A stretch of DNA of 64,000 nt from Escherichia coli (lineage in GTDB: Bacteria; Pseudomonadota; Gammaproteobacteria; Enterobacterales; Enterobacteriaceae), in the NCBI RefSeq assembly GCF_003334815.1, contig NZ_QOWO01000005.1, one strand, 5' to 3'. Position numbers and translations under genes: made by a program. Positions 33,812 to 48,045 of the stretch are shown in pieces (the first letter of the stretch is position 1; each line of letters begins with the position of its first letter). The notes under the pieces were generated by a model that saw only the letters and a program-made list of their open reading frames with translations, searched no databases and was not told the DNA's origin.

Positions 33812-34189
33812 TCAGTGCTTTTCTTGCTTTTCATCAATCACCGGAATTCGCCACATATAGAAAAGCAAACAGGCGAGAATTACCAGCAACATGATGCGCA
33901 CCCATGGCATCTGGACGAACCACAGAGAAATGGCAAACGTGAGCAAAATAAGCAAAATCGCCCGCGGTTTGACGCCGCGCGGCATCGCATGATGTTTCTG
34001 CCAGAAACGTAGATAGCTGCCAAACCATGAGCGGTACAGCAACCAGGCGTGAAAGCGCGGGGAAGAACGGGCAAAGCACCAGGCCGCCAGCAGGATAAAC
34101 GGCGTCGTCGGTAATACCGGTAATACCACGCCCAGCGTACCCAGCACTACCGCCAGCCAGCCAATGATGATTAAAATGATTCGTTGCAT
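33812..34189 (-). CDS. ybaN: DUF454 inner membrane protein (125 aa)
   Basis: ORF track 125 aa. Confidence 0.88.
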
Positions 34190-34258
34190 ATTGAGTGTTG
34201 TCAGCTTACAGAGTGGCTACTTTAGCATAACAATTATCATTTTCATTGAGGTCTTATC

Positions 34259-34786
34259 GTGAAAACCGCCCTGCTGCTGGAAAAACTGGAAGGACAGCTC
34301 GCTACGCTGCGTCAGCGTTGTGCCCCGGTGTCACAGTTCGCCACGCTAAGTGCTCGTTTCGACAGGCATCTTTTTCAGACTCGTGCGACAACACTACAGG
34401 CTTGTCTCGACGAGGCGGGCGATAATCTGGCTCCGCTTCGTCATGCAGTTGAGCAGCAACAGCTGCCGCAAGTGGCCTGGCTGGCGGAACATCTGGCGGC
34501 ACAACTGGAAGCCATCGCGCGTGAAGCCTCCGCCTGGTCATTGCGCGAGTGGGACAGTGCACCACCGAAAATTGCCCGCTGGCAGCGTAAACGTATTCAG
34601 CATCAGGATTTTGAGCGGCGGCTACGTGAGATGGTTGCCGAACGCAGAGCCCGTCTGGCGCGGGTGACCGATCTCGTGGAACAGCAAACGCTGCATCGTG
34701 AAGTGGAAGCCTATGAAGCGCGCCTGGCACGCTGCCGCCATGCGCTGGAAAAAATCGAAAACAGGTTAGCGCGTTTAACCCGCTAG
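34259..34786 (+). CDS. priC: Primosomal replication protein N'' (175 aa)
   Basis: ORF track 175 aa [20 protein letters not shown]... Confidence 0.92.
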
Positions 34787-34799
34787 CAATGGAGAGAAT

Positions 34800-34961
34800 A
34801 TGTCACTGGAAAATGCCCCTGACGATGTCAAACTGGCTGTCGATTTGATTGTGCTGCTGGAGGAAAATCAGATCCCTGCCAGTACCGTGCTGCGCGCGCT
34901 GGATATTGTAAAGCGTGATTATGAAAAGAAATTAACGCGCGATGATGAGGCGGAAAAGTGA
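34800..34961 (+). CDS. ybaM: Small DUF2496 protein (53 aa)
   Basis: ATG 34800, stop TGA 34959-34961; [53 protein letters not shown]; below ORF-track size cut-off. Confidence 0.85.
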
Positions 34962-35014
34962 GAAATAAATGGGGTCGCTAAATGTCCCCTAAGGTTGCGG
35001 GCAAACGCAAAACT

Positions 35015-35112
35015 GCCTGATGCGCTACGCTTATCAGGCCTACACCGCTCCTGCAATATATTGAATTCTTGCGGTTTCGTAGGCCGGATAAGGCGGTCAC
35101 GCCGCATCCGGC
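35015..35112. repeat. REP pair (BIME) between ybaM and mscK
   Basis: gcctgatgcgctacgcttatcaggcctac (35015-35043) and cgtaggccggataaggcggtcacgccgcatccggc (35078-35112). Confidence 0.85.
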
Positions 35113-35172
35113 ATGAACAACGCGCACTTTGTTAGCAATCTCGGGGCAACTAAATGTTGCCCCCTTTCGTTT

Positions 35173-38100
35173 TTACCCTACCGCTGGCGTCGGGTCATCG
35201 CCTTTGTAGTCGCGTTTTACTTCCGTCACCTCATCGCCCTTCTCGTTGTGCAGATGCACTTCAAGCTGGTTAAAGGCAATGTTGATGTCGTTTTCACGGC
35301 ACAGCTGATCGATAGTACGGTTCAGCTCATCGACAGTACGACTACGGTCACGCAGTTCACGCACATACAGACGCAGCTCATGATCCAACGTGCTGGCACC
35401 AAATGCCGTAAAGAAGACTTCCGGCATTGGTTCGTGCATCACCCTTGGGTGCTCAGTCGCCGCCTTCAGTAACACTTTACGCACTTTTTCCAGATCGGAG
35501 CCATAGGCCACGCCGAGACGGATCACCAGACGCGTAGTAGTGTCAGTCAACGACCAGTTGATCAGACGCTCGGTAACAAACGCTTTGTTCGGGATGATCA
35601 CTTCTTTGCGATCGAAATCGGTAATCGTTGTCGCACGAATACGGATCTTACTTACCGTCCCCGAGAAGCTACCAATGGTTACCGTATCGCCAATACGCAC
35701 CGGACGTTCGAATAGAATGATCAAACCGGAGACGAAGTTACCGAAAATTTCTTGTAAACCAAAACCAAGACCTACGGATAATGCTGCGGCCAGCCACTGG
35801 AGTTTATCCCAAGAGACGCCCAGCGATCCGAACACCGTCATCGCACCAACAGCAATAATGATGTAGTTAAGGATGGTAGTAATGGCATACGACGCGCCCT
35901 GGCGCATATTCAGTCGCGAGAGCACCAGCACTTCCAGTAAACCAGGCAGGTTGCGAATCAACGCCCAGGCCACCATTGAGGCGATAATCGCAAACAACAG
36001 ACTGCCCATGGTGACGTTTTTCACCACCGCAGCGCCAGCTTCAGTGCCGTTGTAATGCCAGAGCGTGATGCTGTCGAGATAGCTGAACACGGTGATCAAA
36101 TCGGACCAAATTGCCCAGAACATGACACCGAACAGCGCAAACATCAGCAACATGGTAATACGCAGCGTCTGCTGGTTAACTTGCTCCAGTGCAATGGTGG
36201 GTTCTTCCGGCGGTTCAGCACCTTCTGCGCCCTCTTTCACCAGATTCTGCCGACGCGCCAGCGCACGACGCCAGGCGATACGCCGCGCCGCTACGCTTAA
36301 GCCACGCAGTACCGTCTGGTACAGCAGGTTCCAGATGATCACCAGATAAACGGTTTCAATCCAGCGTCCTGCCAGACGCAGCGTAGTGTAGAAGTAGCCT
36401 GTAGCAGTCAGCACCATCAGCGCAATCGGGATTATCGACAGCACGGTAATGGTGACCAGTCGCATGGTGTGCGACTCTTTATCACGCCAGCTTTCGCGGC
36501 ACATCGGCCATACCAGGAAGGCAATCAGCAGCAGGTTGAAGAAAATCATCGCTTGCCCCAGCACATCATCCATCAGATGCAGCGGGGAAAGTTCTGCCAC
36601 CACAGACCAGAAATGGATAGGCAGCAATGCGAGACTGATGCGGACAATTTGCCGACGCCAGTGGCTGGTCTGCTGTTCCGGCATGCCGAAGTGACGTACG
36701 GCAACGCCGTTTTTCTCCAGTACCTTCCAGCACAGGCCAAACACCAGCCAGAATATCGCCAGTTTTTTGCTGAACGACCATAGCAGTTCGCTGATGTTGA
36801 GCTGCATGGTCAACAGAATCAGGCCAACCGCGAGAATAATCAGGCACACCGGCAGCGCACGGATCAGGTCGATAAGGATCGCTTTTGGTGTGTTGAGCTG
36901 GCTGTCGTTACGCAGGGAACCCACAGCGGAAGCCAGTTTTTGTTGATACGCTTTCAGCCAGCCCAGACGCCAGTGGATCAGCCCGGCAATCAACAGCAGC
37001 GGCAAACCAGCGAGGAAAGCGATAAAAACGGCGGGCCAGGCTTTTTGCCAGTTCACCGTGATTTTCATCGACTTAAATTCATCTTTCAGGCTTTGCGGGA
37101 ACGCTTTGATCCAGTCCCAGTCCATTGGACGGTTACTGTTCACCCAAAAGATTTGCTGAGTCAGGATGGATTTCAGGTTTTTCGACACACTCATTAACTG
37201 CTGCTGGTTGATTTGCAGGTTAATGGCCATCATCAGCTGGTTACCCAACTGTTTGTTGAGTTGATCCAGCAATTCGCGACGCATATCAACCACTTGCAAT
37301 AACGCATCGTGAACTTCGCTGTTGACTTCGTTGGTGTGACCTTCTTCCAGTTTGTTGACGAACGCATCGCTCTGGAAGAGTGCATCACGCTGCTGGTTAA
37401 CTTCAAACTGTTCGAGACGCAAATCCGCGATGCGGTTGGTCATGTTTTCCAGTTCATCCGCCGAGGGCAGCGTTTGTTGTTGCTGGTAAAGGATACGAGA
37501 CAACAGCAGGCTGCCCTTCAGGACGGCAATCTGCTCTTTAATATTGCGTTCCGATTGCAGCGCCCGCTCCAGCCAGTTTTTGACTTTAATGTTTTGCTGC
37601 ATCAACTGATTACCGTTTTCAGTCGCGGTAATCAGACGCTGACTTAACTGCTGGTTAATTTCCAGTTCCTGCTTCACCAGCGGATTAGCCTGAATACGCG
37701 CGGCTTCATCCGGGGAGACGGCTTCCTGCGCCGTTTTTTCGGTTAAAGTCAGGCGCTTGCTGTTTACCGCTTCTTGCAACAGTTGTAACTGGTGCTCCAG
37801 ACGAGCGCTGTTCGCCGTCACGTAATCACGTTGCTTTTGCAAGGTATCCTGCAAGACGGTGTTCCCTTCCAGGCTTTTACGCTGCTGGTCAATCTCCGCA
37901 TTCAGCAACGCCTGCTGGGCCTGCATTAACACTTTCTGGCTGGGACGTAAGGCTGTCTCGCCGACATCAGTCCCATCCAGACGACTGCGAATTTGTTGCA
38001 GCTGCTGCGAAGCGTTATACATCGCATTTTGCACGCGTTCGGGCTGCGTCTGTAACGAAACCAGCTGGCTGTTATAAGACGCCAGATCGTTTTGTGCGTT

Positions 38101-38535
38101 TTGCAAATCGTCCAGCGCCTGGGCAACGCGAGTTTCCAGCTGGCGCAACGACAGCGTGCTCAGAATTTTGCGCGTTTCTTCGTCGTTATCGACATCGCTA
38201 AGTGCTGTTAACGCCGCGGTCGCCTGGCGCATTTTTTCCGGCGCTTCAGCGACTTTTTGCCGTAGCTGAACTGTCTCTTCTTTTATGCGATCGATTTTAT
38301 CGAGGGTGGCTAATGTATCTGTCAGATCCTGCTGCACCAGTTTGTCCTGAGCAGAAAGATCTTTTTGTTTATTTAGTGAGTCAAGTTGCGCCTGCAGGTC
38401 CGCTTTTGTCGGCAGATCACCATTCGATGACGCTCGCGCAAACGCCGTGTTCTGGCATAACAAGACAAAAACAAAAGCAATAAATGCTGAAAAAACAAAA
38501 TGCCGTGATCGTTTGTAATACTGGAACATAGTCAT
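35173..38535 (-). CDS. mscK: Potassium-dependent mechanosensitive channel MscK (1120 aa)
   Basis: ORF track 1120 aa; long coiled-coil periplasmic N-terminus, C-terminal MscS-like domain. Confidence 0.95.
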   Translation of the reverse strand: MTMFQYYKRSRHFVFSAFIAFVFVLLCQNTAFARASSNGDLPTKADLQAQLDSLNKQKDLSAQDKLVQQDLTDTLATLDKIDRIKEETVQLRQKVAEAPEKMRQATAALTALSDVDNDEETRKILSTLSLRQLETRVAQALDDLQNAQNDLASYNSQLVSLQTQPERVQNAMYNASQQLQQIRSRLDGTDVGETALRPSQKVLMQAQQALLNAEIDQQRKSLEGNTVLQDTLQKQRDYVTANSARLEHQLQLLQEAVNSKRLTLTEKTAQEAVSPDEAARIQANPLVKQELEINQQLSQRLITATENGNQLMQQNIKVKNWLERALQSERNIKEQIAVLKGSLLLSRILYQQQQTLPSADELENMTNRIADLRLEQFEVNQQRDALFQSDAFVNKLEEGHTNEVNSEVHDALLQVVDMRRELLDQLNKQLGNQLMMAINLQINQQQLMSVSKNLKSILTQQIFWVNSNRPMDWDWIKAFPQSLKDEFKSMKITVNWQKAWPAVFIAFLAGLPLLLIAGLIHWRLGWLKAYQQKLASAVGSLRNDSQLNTPKAILIDLIRALPVCLIILAVGLILLTMQLNISELLWSFSKKLAIFWLVFGLCWKVLEKNGVAVRHFGMPEQQTSHWRRQIVRISLALLPIHFWSVVAELSPLHLMDDVLGQAMIFFNLLLIAFLVWPMCRESWRDKESHTMRLVTITVLSIIPIALMVLTATGYFYTTLRLAGRWIETVYLVIIWNLLYQTVLRGLSVAARRIAWRRALARRQNLVKEGAEGAEPPEEPTIALEQVNQQTLRITMLLMFALFGVMFWAIWSDLITVFSYLDSITLWHYNGTEAGAAVVKNVTMGSLLFAIIASMVAWALIRNLPGLLEVLVLSRLNMRQGASYAITTILNYIIIAVGAMTVFGSLGVSWDKLQWLAAALSVGLGFGLQEIFGNFVSGLIILFERPVRIGDTVTIGSFSGTVSKIRIRATTITDFDRKEVIIPNKAFVTERLINWSLTDTTTRLVIRLGVAYGSDLEKVRKVLLKAATEHPRVMHEPMPEVFFTAFGASTLDHELRLYVRELRDRSRTVDELNRTIDQLCRENDINIAFNQLEVHLHNEKGDEVTEVKRDYKGDDPTPAVG

Positions 38536-38662
38536 GATGAATGAAGGTTTCTGAACCTGAAGAACGACCTGAAAAAGTCAAACCGCAAGAATATCACGAC
38601 GCAGTGAACCAGAATAGCAACGACGAAAATGTCCAGGAAAAATCCTGGAGTCAGATTCAGGG

Positions 38663-39310
38663 TTATTCGTTAGTGGCAGGATTACGAAGCGTGGGGCACA
38701 GGAGATACATCTCCAGTAAGATGGCAACGTAATCGCGGGCTTCTTTTTTAAGATCAAAAGATTGCGGGGCAAAGAGCCAGTTTTCCATCAGGCCGGAAAT
38801 ATAGCCGCGCATAATAATTGCTGCGCGACGCGTCATTAAATCCGCAGGCAACATTTTCGCTTCAATACAATGTTTTAACGTTTGTTCTATACGGTCATAA
38901 CTTTCCAGACAGAGATTACGTTGTGCCTGTTGCACAACAGCCATTTCTCCGACAAATTCGCATTTGTGGAATATAATCTCCATCAATAATCGACGCCGTT
39001 CTTCTGTCACCGTGGATTCAAGAACATGAATTAATATCTCTCTTAATACTGAGAGTGGATCGCCAGGGAATTTTGCCTGATACTCAAGCTCTAGTTCACC
39101 AATATTGGATTCTGACAGTTCCCAGATCTCACTGAACAAATCCGACTTGTCTTTAAAATGCCAGTAGATTGCACCGCGCGTAACGCCAGCTGCTTTTGCA
39201 ATCTCGCCCAGCGAGGTGGATGATACCCCCTGCTGTGAGAAAAGACGTAGAGCCACATCGAGGATGTGTTGGCGCGTTTCTTGCGCTTCTTGTTTGGTTT
39301 TTCGTGCCAT
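38663..39310 (-). CDS. acrR: TetR-family repressor of acrAB (215 aa)
   Basis: ORF track 215 aa [52 protein letters not shown]... Confidence 0.96.
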
Positions 39311-39338
39311 ATGTTCGTGAATTTACAGGCGTTAGATT

Positions 39339-39362
39339 TACATACATTTGTGAATGTATGTA
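39339..39362. promoter_or_regulatory. AcrR operator: 24-bp palindrome in acrR-acrA divergent control region
   Basis: tacatacatt-tgtg-aatgtatgta; 10-bp arms are exact reverse complements. Confidence 0.8.
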
Positions 39363-39451
39363 CCATAGCACGACGATAATATAAACGCAGCAATGGGTTT
39401 ATTAACTTTTGACCATTGACCAATTTGAAATCGGACACTCGAGGTTTACAT

Positions 39452-40645
39452 ATGAACAAAAACAGAGGGTTTACGCCTCTGGCGGTCGTTCTGATGCTCT
39501 CAGGCAGCTTAGCCCTAACAGGATGTGACGACAAACAGGCCCAACAAGGTGGCCAGCAGATGCCCGCCGTTGGCGTAGTAACAGTCAAAACTGAACCTCT
39601 GCAGATCACAACCGAGCTTCCGGGTCGCACCAGTGCCTACCGGATCGCAGAAGTTCGTCCTCAAGTTAGCGGGATTATCCTGAAGCGTAATTTCAAAGAA
39701 GGTAGCGACATCGAAGCAGGTGTCTCTCTCTATCAGATTGATCCTGCGACCTATCAGGCGACATACGACAGTGCGAAAGGTGATCTGGCGAAAGCCCAGG
39801 CTGCAGCCAATATCGCGCAATTGACGGTGAATCGTTATCAGAAACTGCTCGGTACTCAGTACATCAGTAAGCAAGAGTACGATCAGGCTCTGGCTGATGC
39901 GCAACAGGCGAATGCTGCGGTAACTGCGGCGAAAGCTGCCGTTGAAACTGCGCGGATCAATCTGGCTTACACCAAAGTCACCTCTCCGATTAGCGGTCGC
40001 ATTGGTAAGTCGAACGTGACGGAAGGCGCATTGGTACAGAACGGTCAGGCGACTGCGCTGGCAACCGTGCAGCAACTTGATCCGATCTACGTTGATGTGA
40101 CCCAGTCCAGCAACGACTTCCTGCGCCTGAAACAGGAACTGGCGAATGGCACGCTGAAACAAGAGAACGGCAAAGCCAAAGTGTCACTGATCACCAGTGA
40201 CGGCATTAAGTTCCCGCAGGACGGTACGCTGGAATTCTCTGACGTTACCGTTGATCAGACCACTGGGTCTATCACCCTACGCGCTATCTTCCCGAACCCG
40301 GATCACACTCTGCTGCCGGGTATGTTCGTGCGCGCACGTCTGGAAGAAGGGCTTAATCCAAACGCTATTTTAGTCCCGCAACAGGGCGTAACCCGTACGC
40401 CGCGTGGCGATGCCACCGTACTGGTAGTTGGCGCGGATGACAAAGTGGAAACCCGTCCGATCGTTGCAAGCCAGGCTATTGGCGATAAGTGGCTGGTGAC
40501 AGAAGGTCTGAAAGCAGGCGATCGCGTAGTAATAAGTGGGCTGCAGAAAGTGCGTCCTGGTGTCCAGGTAAAAGCACAAGAAGTTACCGCTGATAATAAC
40601 CAGCAAGCCGCAAGCGGTGCTCAGCCTGAACAGTCCAAGTCTTAA
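39452..40645 (+). CDS. acrA: Multidrug efflux periplasmic adaptor lipoprotein (397 aa)
   Basis: Trimmed from TTG-start ORF 39416..40645 to ATG 39452 MNKNRGFTPLAVVLMLSGSLALTGC (lipobox). Confidence 0.95.
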   Translation: MNKNRGFTPLAVVLMLSGSLALTGCDDKQAQQGGQQMPAVGVVTVKTEPLQITTELPGRTSAYRIAEVRPQVSGIILKRNFKEGSDIEAGVSLYQIDPATYQATYDSAKGDLAKAQAAANIAQLTVNRYQKLLGTQYISKQEYDQALADAQQANAAVTAAKAAVETARINLAYTKVTSPISGRIGKSNVTEGALVQNGQATALATVQQLDPIYVDVTQSSNDFLRLKQELANGTLKQENGKAKVSLITSDGIKFPQDGTLEFSDVTVDQTTGSITLRAIFPNPDHTLLPGMFVRARLEEGLNPNAILVPQQGVTRTPRGDATVLVVGADDKVETRPIVASQAIGDKWLVTEGLKAGDRVVISGLQKVRPGVQVKAQEVTADNNQQAASGAQPEQSKS

Positions 40646-40664
40646 CTTAAACAGGAGCCGTTAA

Positions 40665-43817
<3,153 letters not shown>

Positions 43818-43836
43818 TACAACGTGTAATCACTAA

Positions 43837-43858
43837 GGCCGCGTAAGCGGCCTTTTTT
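43837..43858 (+). terminator. acrB intrinsic terminator
   Basis: ggccgc-gtaa-gcggcc then tttttt (43853-43858), 20 nt after acrB stop. Confidence 0.85.
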
Positions 43859-44362
43859 ATGCATAACCTACGAACATTAAGGAGTAATTGAACCACCAAC
43901 TCAGGATCTCATACGAAAACCAGTATTAACCACGGATAAAATTCATAAAAAATACTGATTGTTAGTTAATTTATATTAAGTAGCGCTAATAGATTTAATA
44001 ATCCATAATCATTTAGAGGCTATTCTTAATTATTTGCGGTAATTCTTTATTCATTCCTCGGTTATTACGTCATATTCAGAGCAATCCTGGTATTAGTGTC
44101 ACCAATTTCATCTGGCGATAATCCTGAAATGTTATGAATAGTTCGAGCAAACTGCTTTTACCTGCTGCGGGTTAGTGCTAGTATGAAAAAGTGAGTCCTG
44201 TCCCGCTTCCTTCCTAATTGTAATTTTTCGTAATAATGCGATGAAAACCTGCAAAGAGTGGCTTATAGTTAAGCTAACAAACGAGAGGGCAAGTCCAGGT
44301 CAGTAAGTTTTTTCCATCCCGAAAGGTGTCCGTTAGTTCAACCGCTAAGAAGGGGACGCGTT

Positions 44363-44737
44363 ATGGATGAATACTCACCCAAAAGACATGATATCGCACA
44401 GCTTAAGTTTCTCTGTGAAACCCTGTATCATGACTGCCTTGCAAACCTTGAAGAAAGCAATCATGGCTGGGTAAACGACCCAACCTCGGCGATCAACCTC
44501 CAGTTGAATGAACTGATTGAGCATATTGCGACCTTCGCACTTAATTACAAAATTAAGTATAATGAAGACAATAAGCTCATTGAGCAGATCGACGAATATC
44601 TGGATGACACCTTTATGTTGTTCAGTAGTTATGGTATTAATATGCAGGATCTTCAGAAATGGCGGAAGTCAGGTAATCGACTATTCCGTTGTTTTGTCAA
44701 TGCGACGAAAGAGAATCCTGCGAGTTTATCTTGTTAG
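44363..44737 (+). CDS. tomB: Hha toxicity modulator TomB (124 aa)
   Basis: ORF track 124 aa [25 protein letters not shown]... Confidence 0.93.
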
Positions 44738-44762
44738 AATTATTACAACCATAGGTAGAAGT

Positions 44763-44981
44763 ATGTCCGAAAAACCTTTAACGAAAACCGATTATTTAAT
44801 GCGTTTACGTCGTTGCCAGACAATTGACACGCTGGAGCGTGTTATCGAGAAAAATAAATACGAATTATCAGATAATGAACTGGCGGTATTTTACTCAGCC
44901 GCAGATCACCGCCTCGCCGAATTGACCATGAATAAACTGTACGACAAGATCCCTTCCTCAGTATGGAAATTTATTCGCTAA
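44763..44981 (+). CDS. hha: Haemolysin expression modulator Hha, H-NS co-regulator (72 aa)
   Basis: ATG 44763 inside ORF 44517..44981; [72 protein letters not shown]. Confidence 0.93.
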
Positions 44982-45152
44982 TAAATAATTCGCTTTCGGA
45001 GCTATAACCGGCTGTTTATTAAGAATTTTATACTTTTTCGCCATGAAGACATACCCTATGTGATCTTTATCACACAGATGTAATGGGAACGTTCTCTTCA
45101 CTGACTTTTCGTCTTACTGTGTTGCCGCATTTTCAGCAACCGGAGGTCAGTA

Positions 45153-45704
45153 ATGAGCACAGAAAAAGAAAAGATGATTGCTGGTGAGTTGTATCGCTCG
45201 GCAGATGAGACGTTATCTCGCGATCGCCTGCGCGCTCGTCAGCTTATTCACCGATACAATCATTCCCTGGCGGAAGAGCACACATTACGCCAGCAAATTC
45301 TCGCTGATCTATTCGGTCAGGTGACAGAGGCTTATATTGAGCCAACGTTTCGCTGTGACTATGGCTATAACATTTTTCTCGGTAATAATTTTTTCGCCAA
45401 CTTCGATTGCGTGATGCTTGATGTCTGCCCTATTCGCATCGGTGATAACTGTATGTTGGCACCAGGCGTTCATATCTACACGGCAACACATCCCATCGAC
45501 CCTGTAGCACGTAATAGCGGTGCTGAACTGGGGAAACCCGTCACCATCGGTAATAACGTCTGGATTGGCGGACGCGCGGTCATTAACCCTGGTGTGACCA
45601 TTGGTGATAACGTCGTGGTAGCCTCAGGTGCAGTTGTCACAAAAGATGTCCCGGACAACGTTGTCGTGGGCGGTAATCCAGCCAGAATAATTAAAAAATT
45701 GTAA
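45153..45704 (+). CDS. maa: Maltose O-acetyltransferase, hexapeptide-repeat (183 aa)
   Basis: ORF track 183 aa. Confidence 0.93.
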
Positions 45705-45819
45705 TCGGTTTTTCGCAACTGTTATGCAAAATTGTGGTAGATCTGTTACTTCCCCTCTACTATTCCCACGTTAAAATAGGGTGTTCCCTGGAAAGTTGCA
45801 GATACCACGAAGGCAAACG

Positions 45820-46290
45820 ATGACCGAAATACAACGCCTGCTGACCGAAACGATTGAGTCTCTGAATACCCGCGAAAAACGCGACAACAAACCCCGCTTT
45901 AGTATCAGTTTTATCCGTAAACATCCGGGGCTGTTTATCGGTATGTACGTTGCTTTTTTTGCCACCCTGGCGGTGATGTTGCAGTCCGAAACGCTGTCAG
46001 GCTCTGTCTGGCTACTGGTTGTATTATTTATCCTGCTTAATGGTTTCTTCTTTTTCGATGTCTACCCACGCTACCGCTATGAAGATATCGACGTGCTGGA
46101 TTTCCGCGTTTGCTATAACGGCGAATGGTACAACACGCGCTTTGTACCTGCCGCGCTGGTTGAAGCCATCTTGAACTCTCCGCGTGTCGCGGATGTTCAT
46201 AAGGAACAACTGCAAAAAATGATCGTCCGTAAAGGTGAACTGTCTTTTTACGATATTTTTACCCTCGCTCGCGCCGAATCAACATCTTAA
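45820..46290 (+). CDS. ylaC: Inner membrane protein (156 aa)
   Basis: Trimmed from GTG-start ORF 45781..46290 to ATG 45820 [21 protein letters not shown]... Confidence 0.85.
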
Positions 46291-46447
46291 GTTAGGGTTA
46301 CATACCAGGCGTAAAGCTCTGCGCCTGGTCAAATGACAATGATCGTTTCCACCCATCACTTCATGAAATACCAGCTCTACCTCCTTATCTCCAGCCAGCC
46401 TTTTTCCACAATCAGATATACTTTCCCTACACTGTGTTAATAAGGAT

Positions 46448-48004
46448 ATGCTGGTGAGAACACGACATCTGGTCGGCCTTATTTCGGGAGTACTGATTCT
46501 TTCAGTATTGCTGCCTGTCGGCTTAAGCATCTGGCTGGCCCATCAGCAGGTAGAAACATCGTTTATTGAAGAGCTGGATACCTATTCCTCCCGCGTCGCT
46601 ATTCGAGCCAATAAGGTGGCGACACAAGGGAAAGATGCGCTGCAGGAGCTGGAAAGATGGCAAGGCGCTGCCTGTAGCGAAGCCCATCTCATGGAAATGC
46701 GTCGGGTATCTTACAGTTATCGCTATATTCAGGAAGTGGCTTATATCGATAACAACGTTCCCCAGTGTTCGTCTCTGGAGCATGAAAGTCCGCCCGATAC
46801 CTTCCCCGAGCCAGGTAAAATTTCGAAAGATGGTTATCGTGTCTGGTTAACATCGCATAACGATTTAGGCATTATCCGTTACATGGTCGCCATGGGAACG
46901 GCACATTATGTCGTCATGATCGACCCCGCTTCCTTTATTGATGTCATTCCCTATAGCTCATGGCAAATTGATGCCGCCATTATTGGCAATGCCCATAACG
47001 TTGTCATAACCAGCAGCGATGAAATTGCTCAGGGAATTATTACCAGGCTACAAAAAACACCCGGTGAGCATATCGAAAATAATGGAATCATTTACGATAT
47101 CCTGCCCTTACCGGAGATGAATATTTCGATCATCACATGGGCTTCAACGAAAATGTTGCAGAAAGGCTGGCATCGGCAAGTCTTTATTTGGTTACCGCTC
47201 GGGTTGGTGATTGGCCTGCTGGCAGCGATGTTTGTGCTGCGTATTTTGCGCCGTATTCAGTCACCGCATCATCGGCTGCAGGATGCTATCGAAAATCGTG
47301 ATATTTGCGTGCACTATCAGCCGATTGTCTCCTTAGCCAATGGCAAAATTGTCGGTGCTGAGGCACTGGCGCGCTGGCCGCAGACAGACGGTAGTTGGTT
47401 GTCACCAGATAGTTTTATTCCGCTGGCACAGCAAACGGGCCTTTCTGAGCCATTGACGCTACTGATTATAAGAAGCGTCTTTGAAGATATGGGCGACTGG
47501 CTGCGTCAGCATCCACAGCAGCATATTTCGATCAATCTTGAATCCCCCGTGCTCACCTCGGAAAAAATCCCGCAATTGCTGCGTGACATGATCAATCACT
47601 ATCAGGTTAATCCCAGACAGATCGCGCTTGAACTCACTGAACGCGAGTTTGCCGATCCGAAAACCAGCGCCCCGATAATTTCTCGCTACCGGGAGGCGGG
47701 CCATGAAATTTATCTTGATGATTTTGGTACGGGGTATTCAAGTTTAAGTTATTTACAGGATCTGGATGTCGACATTCTGAAGATCGATAAATCTTTCGTT
47801 GATGCGCTGGAATATAAAAATGTCACGCCGCATATCATCGAAATGGCAAAAACACTGAAACTGAAAATGGTAGCGGAGGGAATCGAAACCAGTAAACAAG
47901 AAGAGTGGTTACGCCAGCATGGCGTGCACTACGGTCAGGGCTGGCTCTACAGCAAGGCATTACCGAAAGAAGATTTCTTACGCTGGGCCGAGCAACATTT
48001 GTGA
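46448..48004 (+). CDS. pdeB: c-di-GMP phosphodiesterase, CSS-motif sensor plus EAL domain (about 516-518 aa)
   Basis: ORF track 518 aa; N-terminal TM, periplasmic domain, second TM, C-terminal EAL domain; true start could be ATG 46448 or GTG 46454. Confidence 0.9.
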   Translation: MLVRTRHLVGLISGVLILSVLLPVGLSIWLAHQQVETSFIEELDTYSSRVAIRANKVATQGKDALQELERWQGAACSEAHLMEMRRVSYSYRYIQEVAYIDNNVPQCSSLEHESPPDTFPEPGKISKDGYRVWLTSHNDLGIIRYMVAMGTAHYVVMIDPASFIDVIPYSSWQIDAAIIGNAHNVVITSSDEIAQGIITRLQKTPGEHIENNGIIYDILPLPEMNISIITWASTKMLQKGWHRQVFIWLPLGLVIGLLAAMFVLRILRRIQSPHHRLQDAIENRDICVHYQPIVSLANGKIVGAEALARWPQTDGSWLSPDSFIPLAQQTGLSEPLTLLIIRSVFEDMGDWLRQHPQQHISINLESPVLTSEKIPQLLRDMINHYQVNPRQIALELTEREFADPKTSAPIISRYREAGHEIYLDDFGTGYSSLSYLQDLDVDILKIDKSFVDALEYKNVTPHIIEMAKTLKLKMVAEGIETSKQEEWLRQHGVHYGQGWLYSKALPKEDFLRWAEQHL

Positions 48005-48045
48005 ATTTTTGGGCTGACGGCACGCCGCACAGCCCGTCACGCTAC

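Noticed and set aside
38541-38732. 63-aa plus-strand ORF between mscK and acrR
   Set aside because: Starts 6 bp from the mscK start on the opposite strand and runs into the acrR 3' end; no RBS-like context, likely spurious.
39515-40162. 215-aa minus-strand ORF
   Set aside because: Antisense to acrA; shadow ORF.
43860-44360. AT-rich region upstream of tomB as a possible insertion or novel small-gene locus
   Set aside because: No ORF of 60 aa or more with plausible start context and no repeat boundaries; more economically a regulatory leader for tomB-hha.
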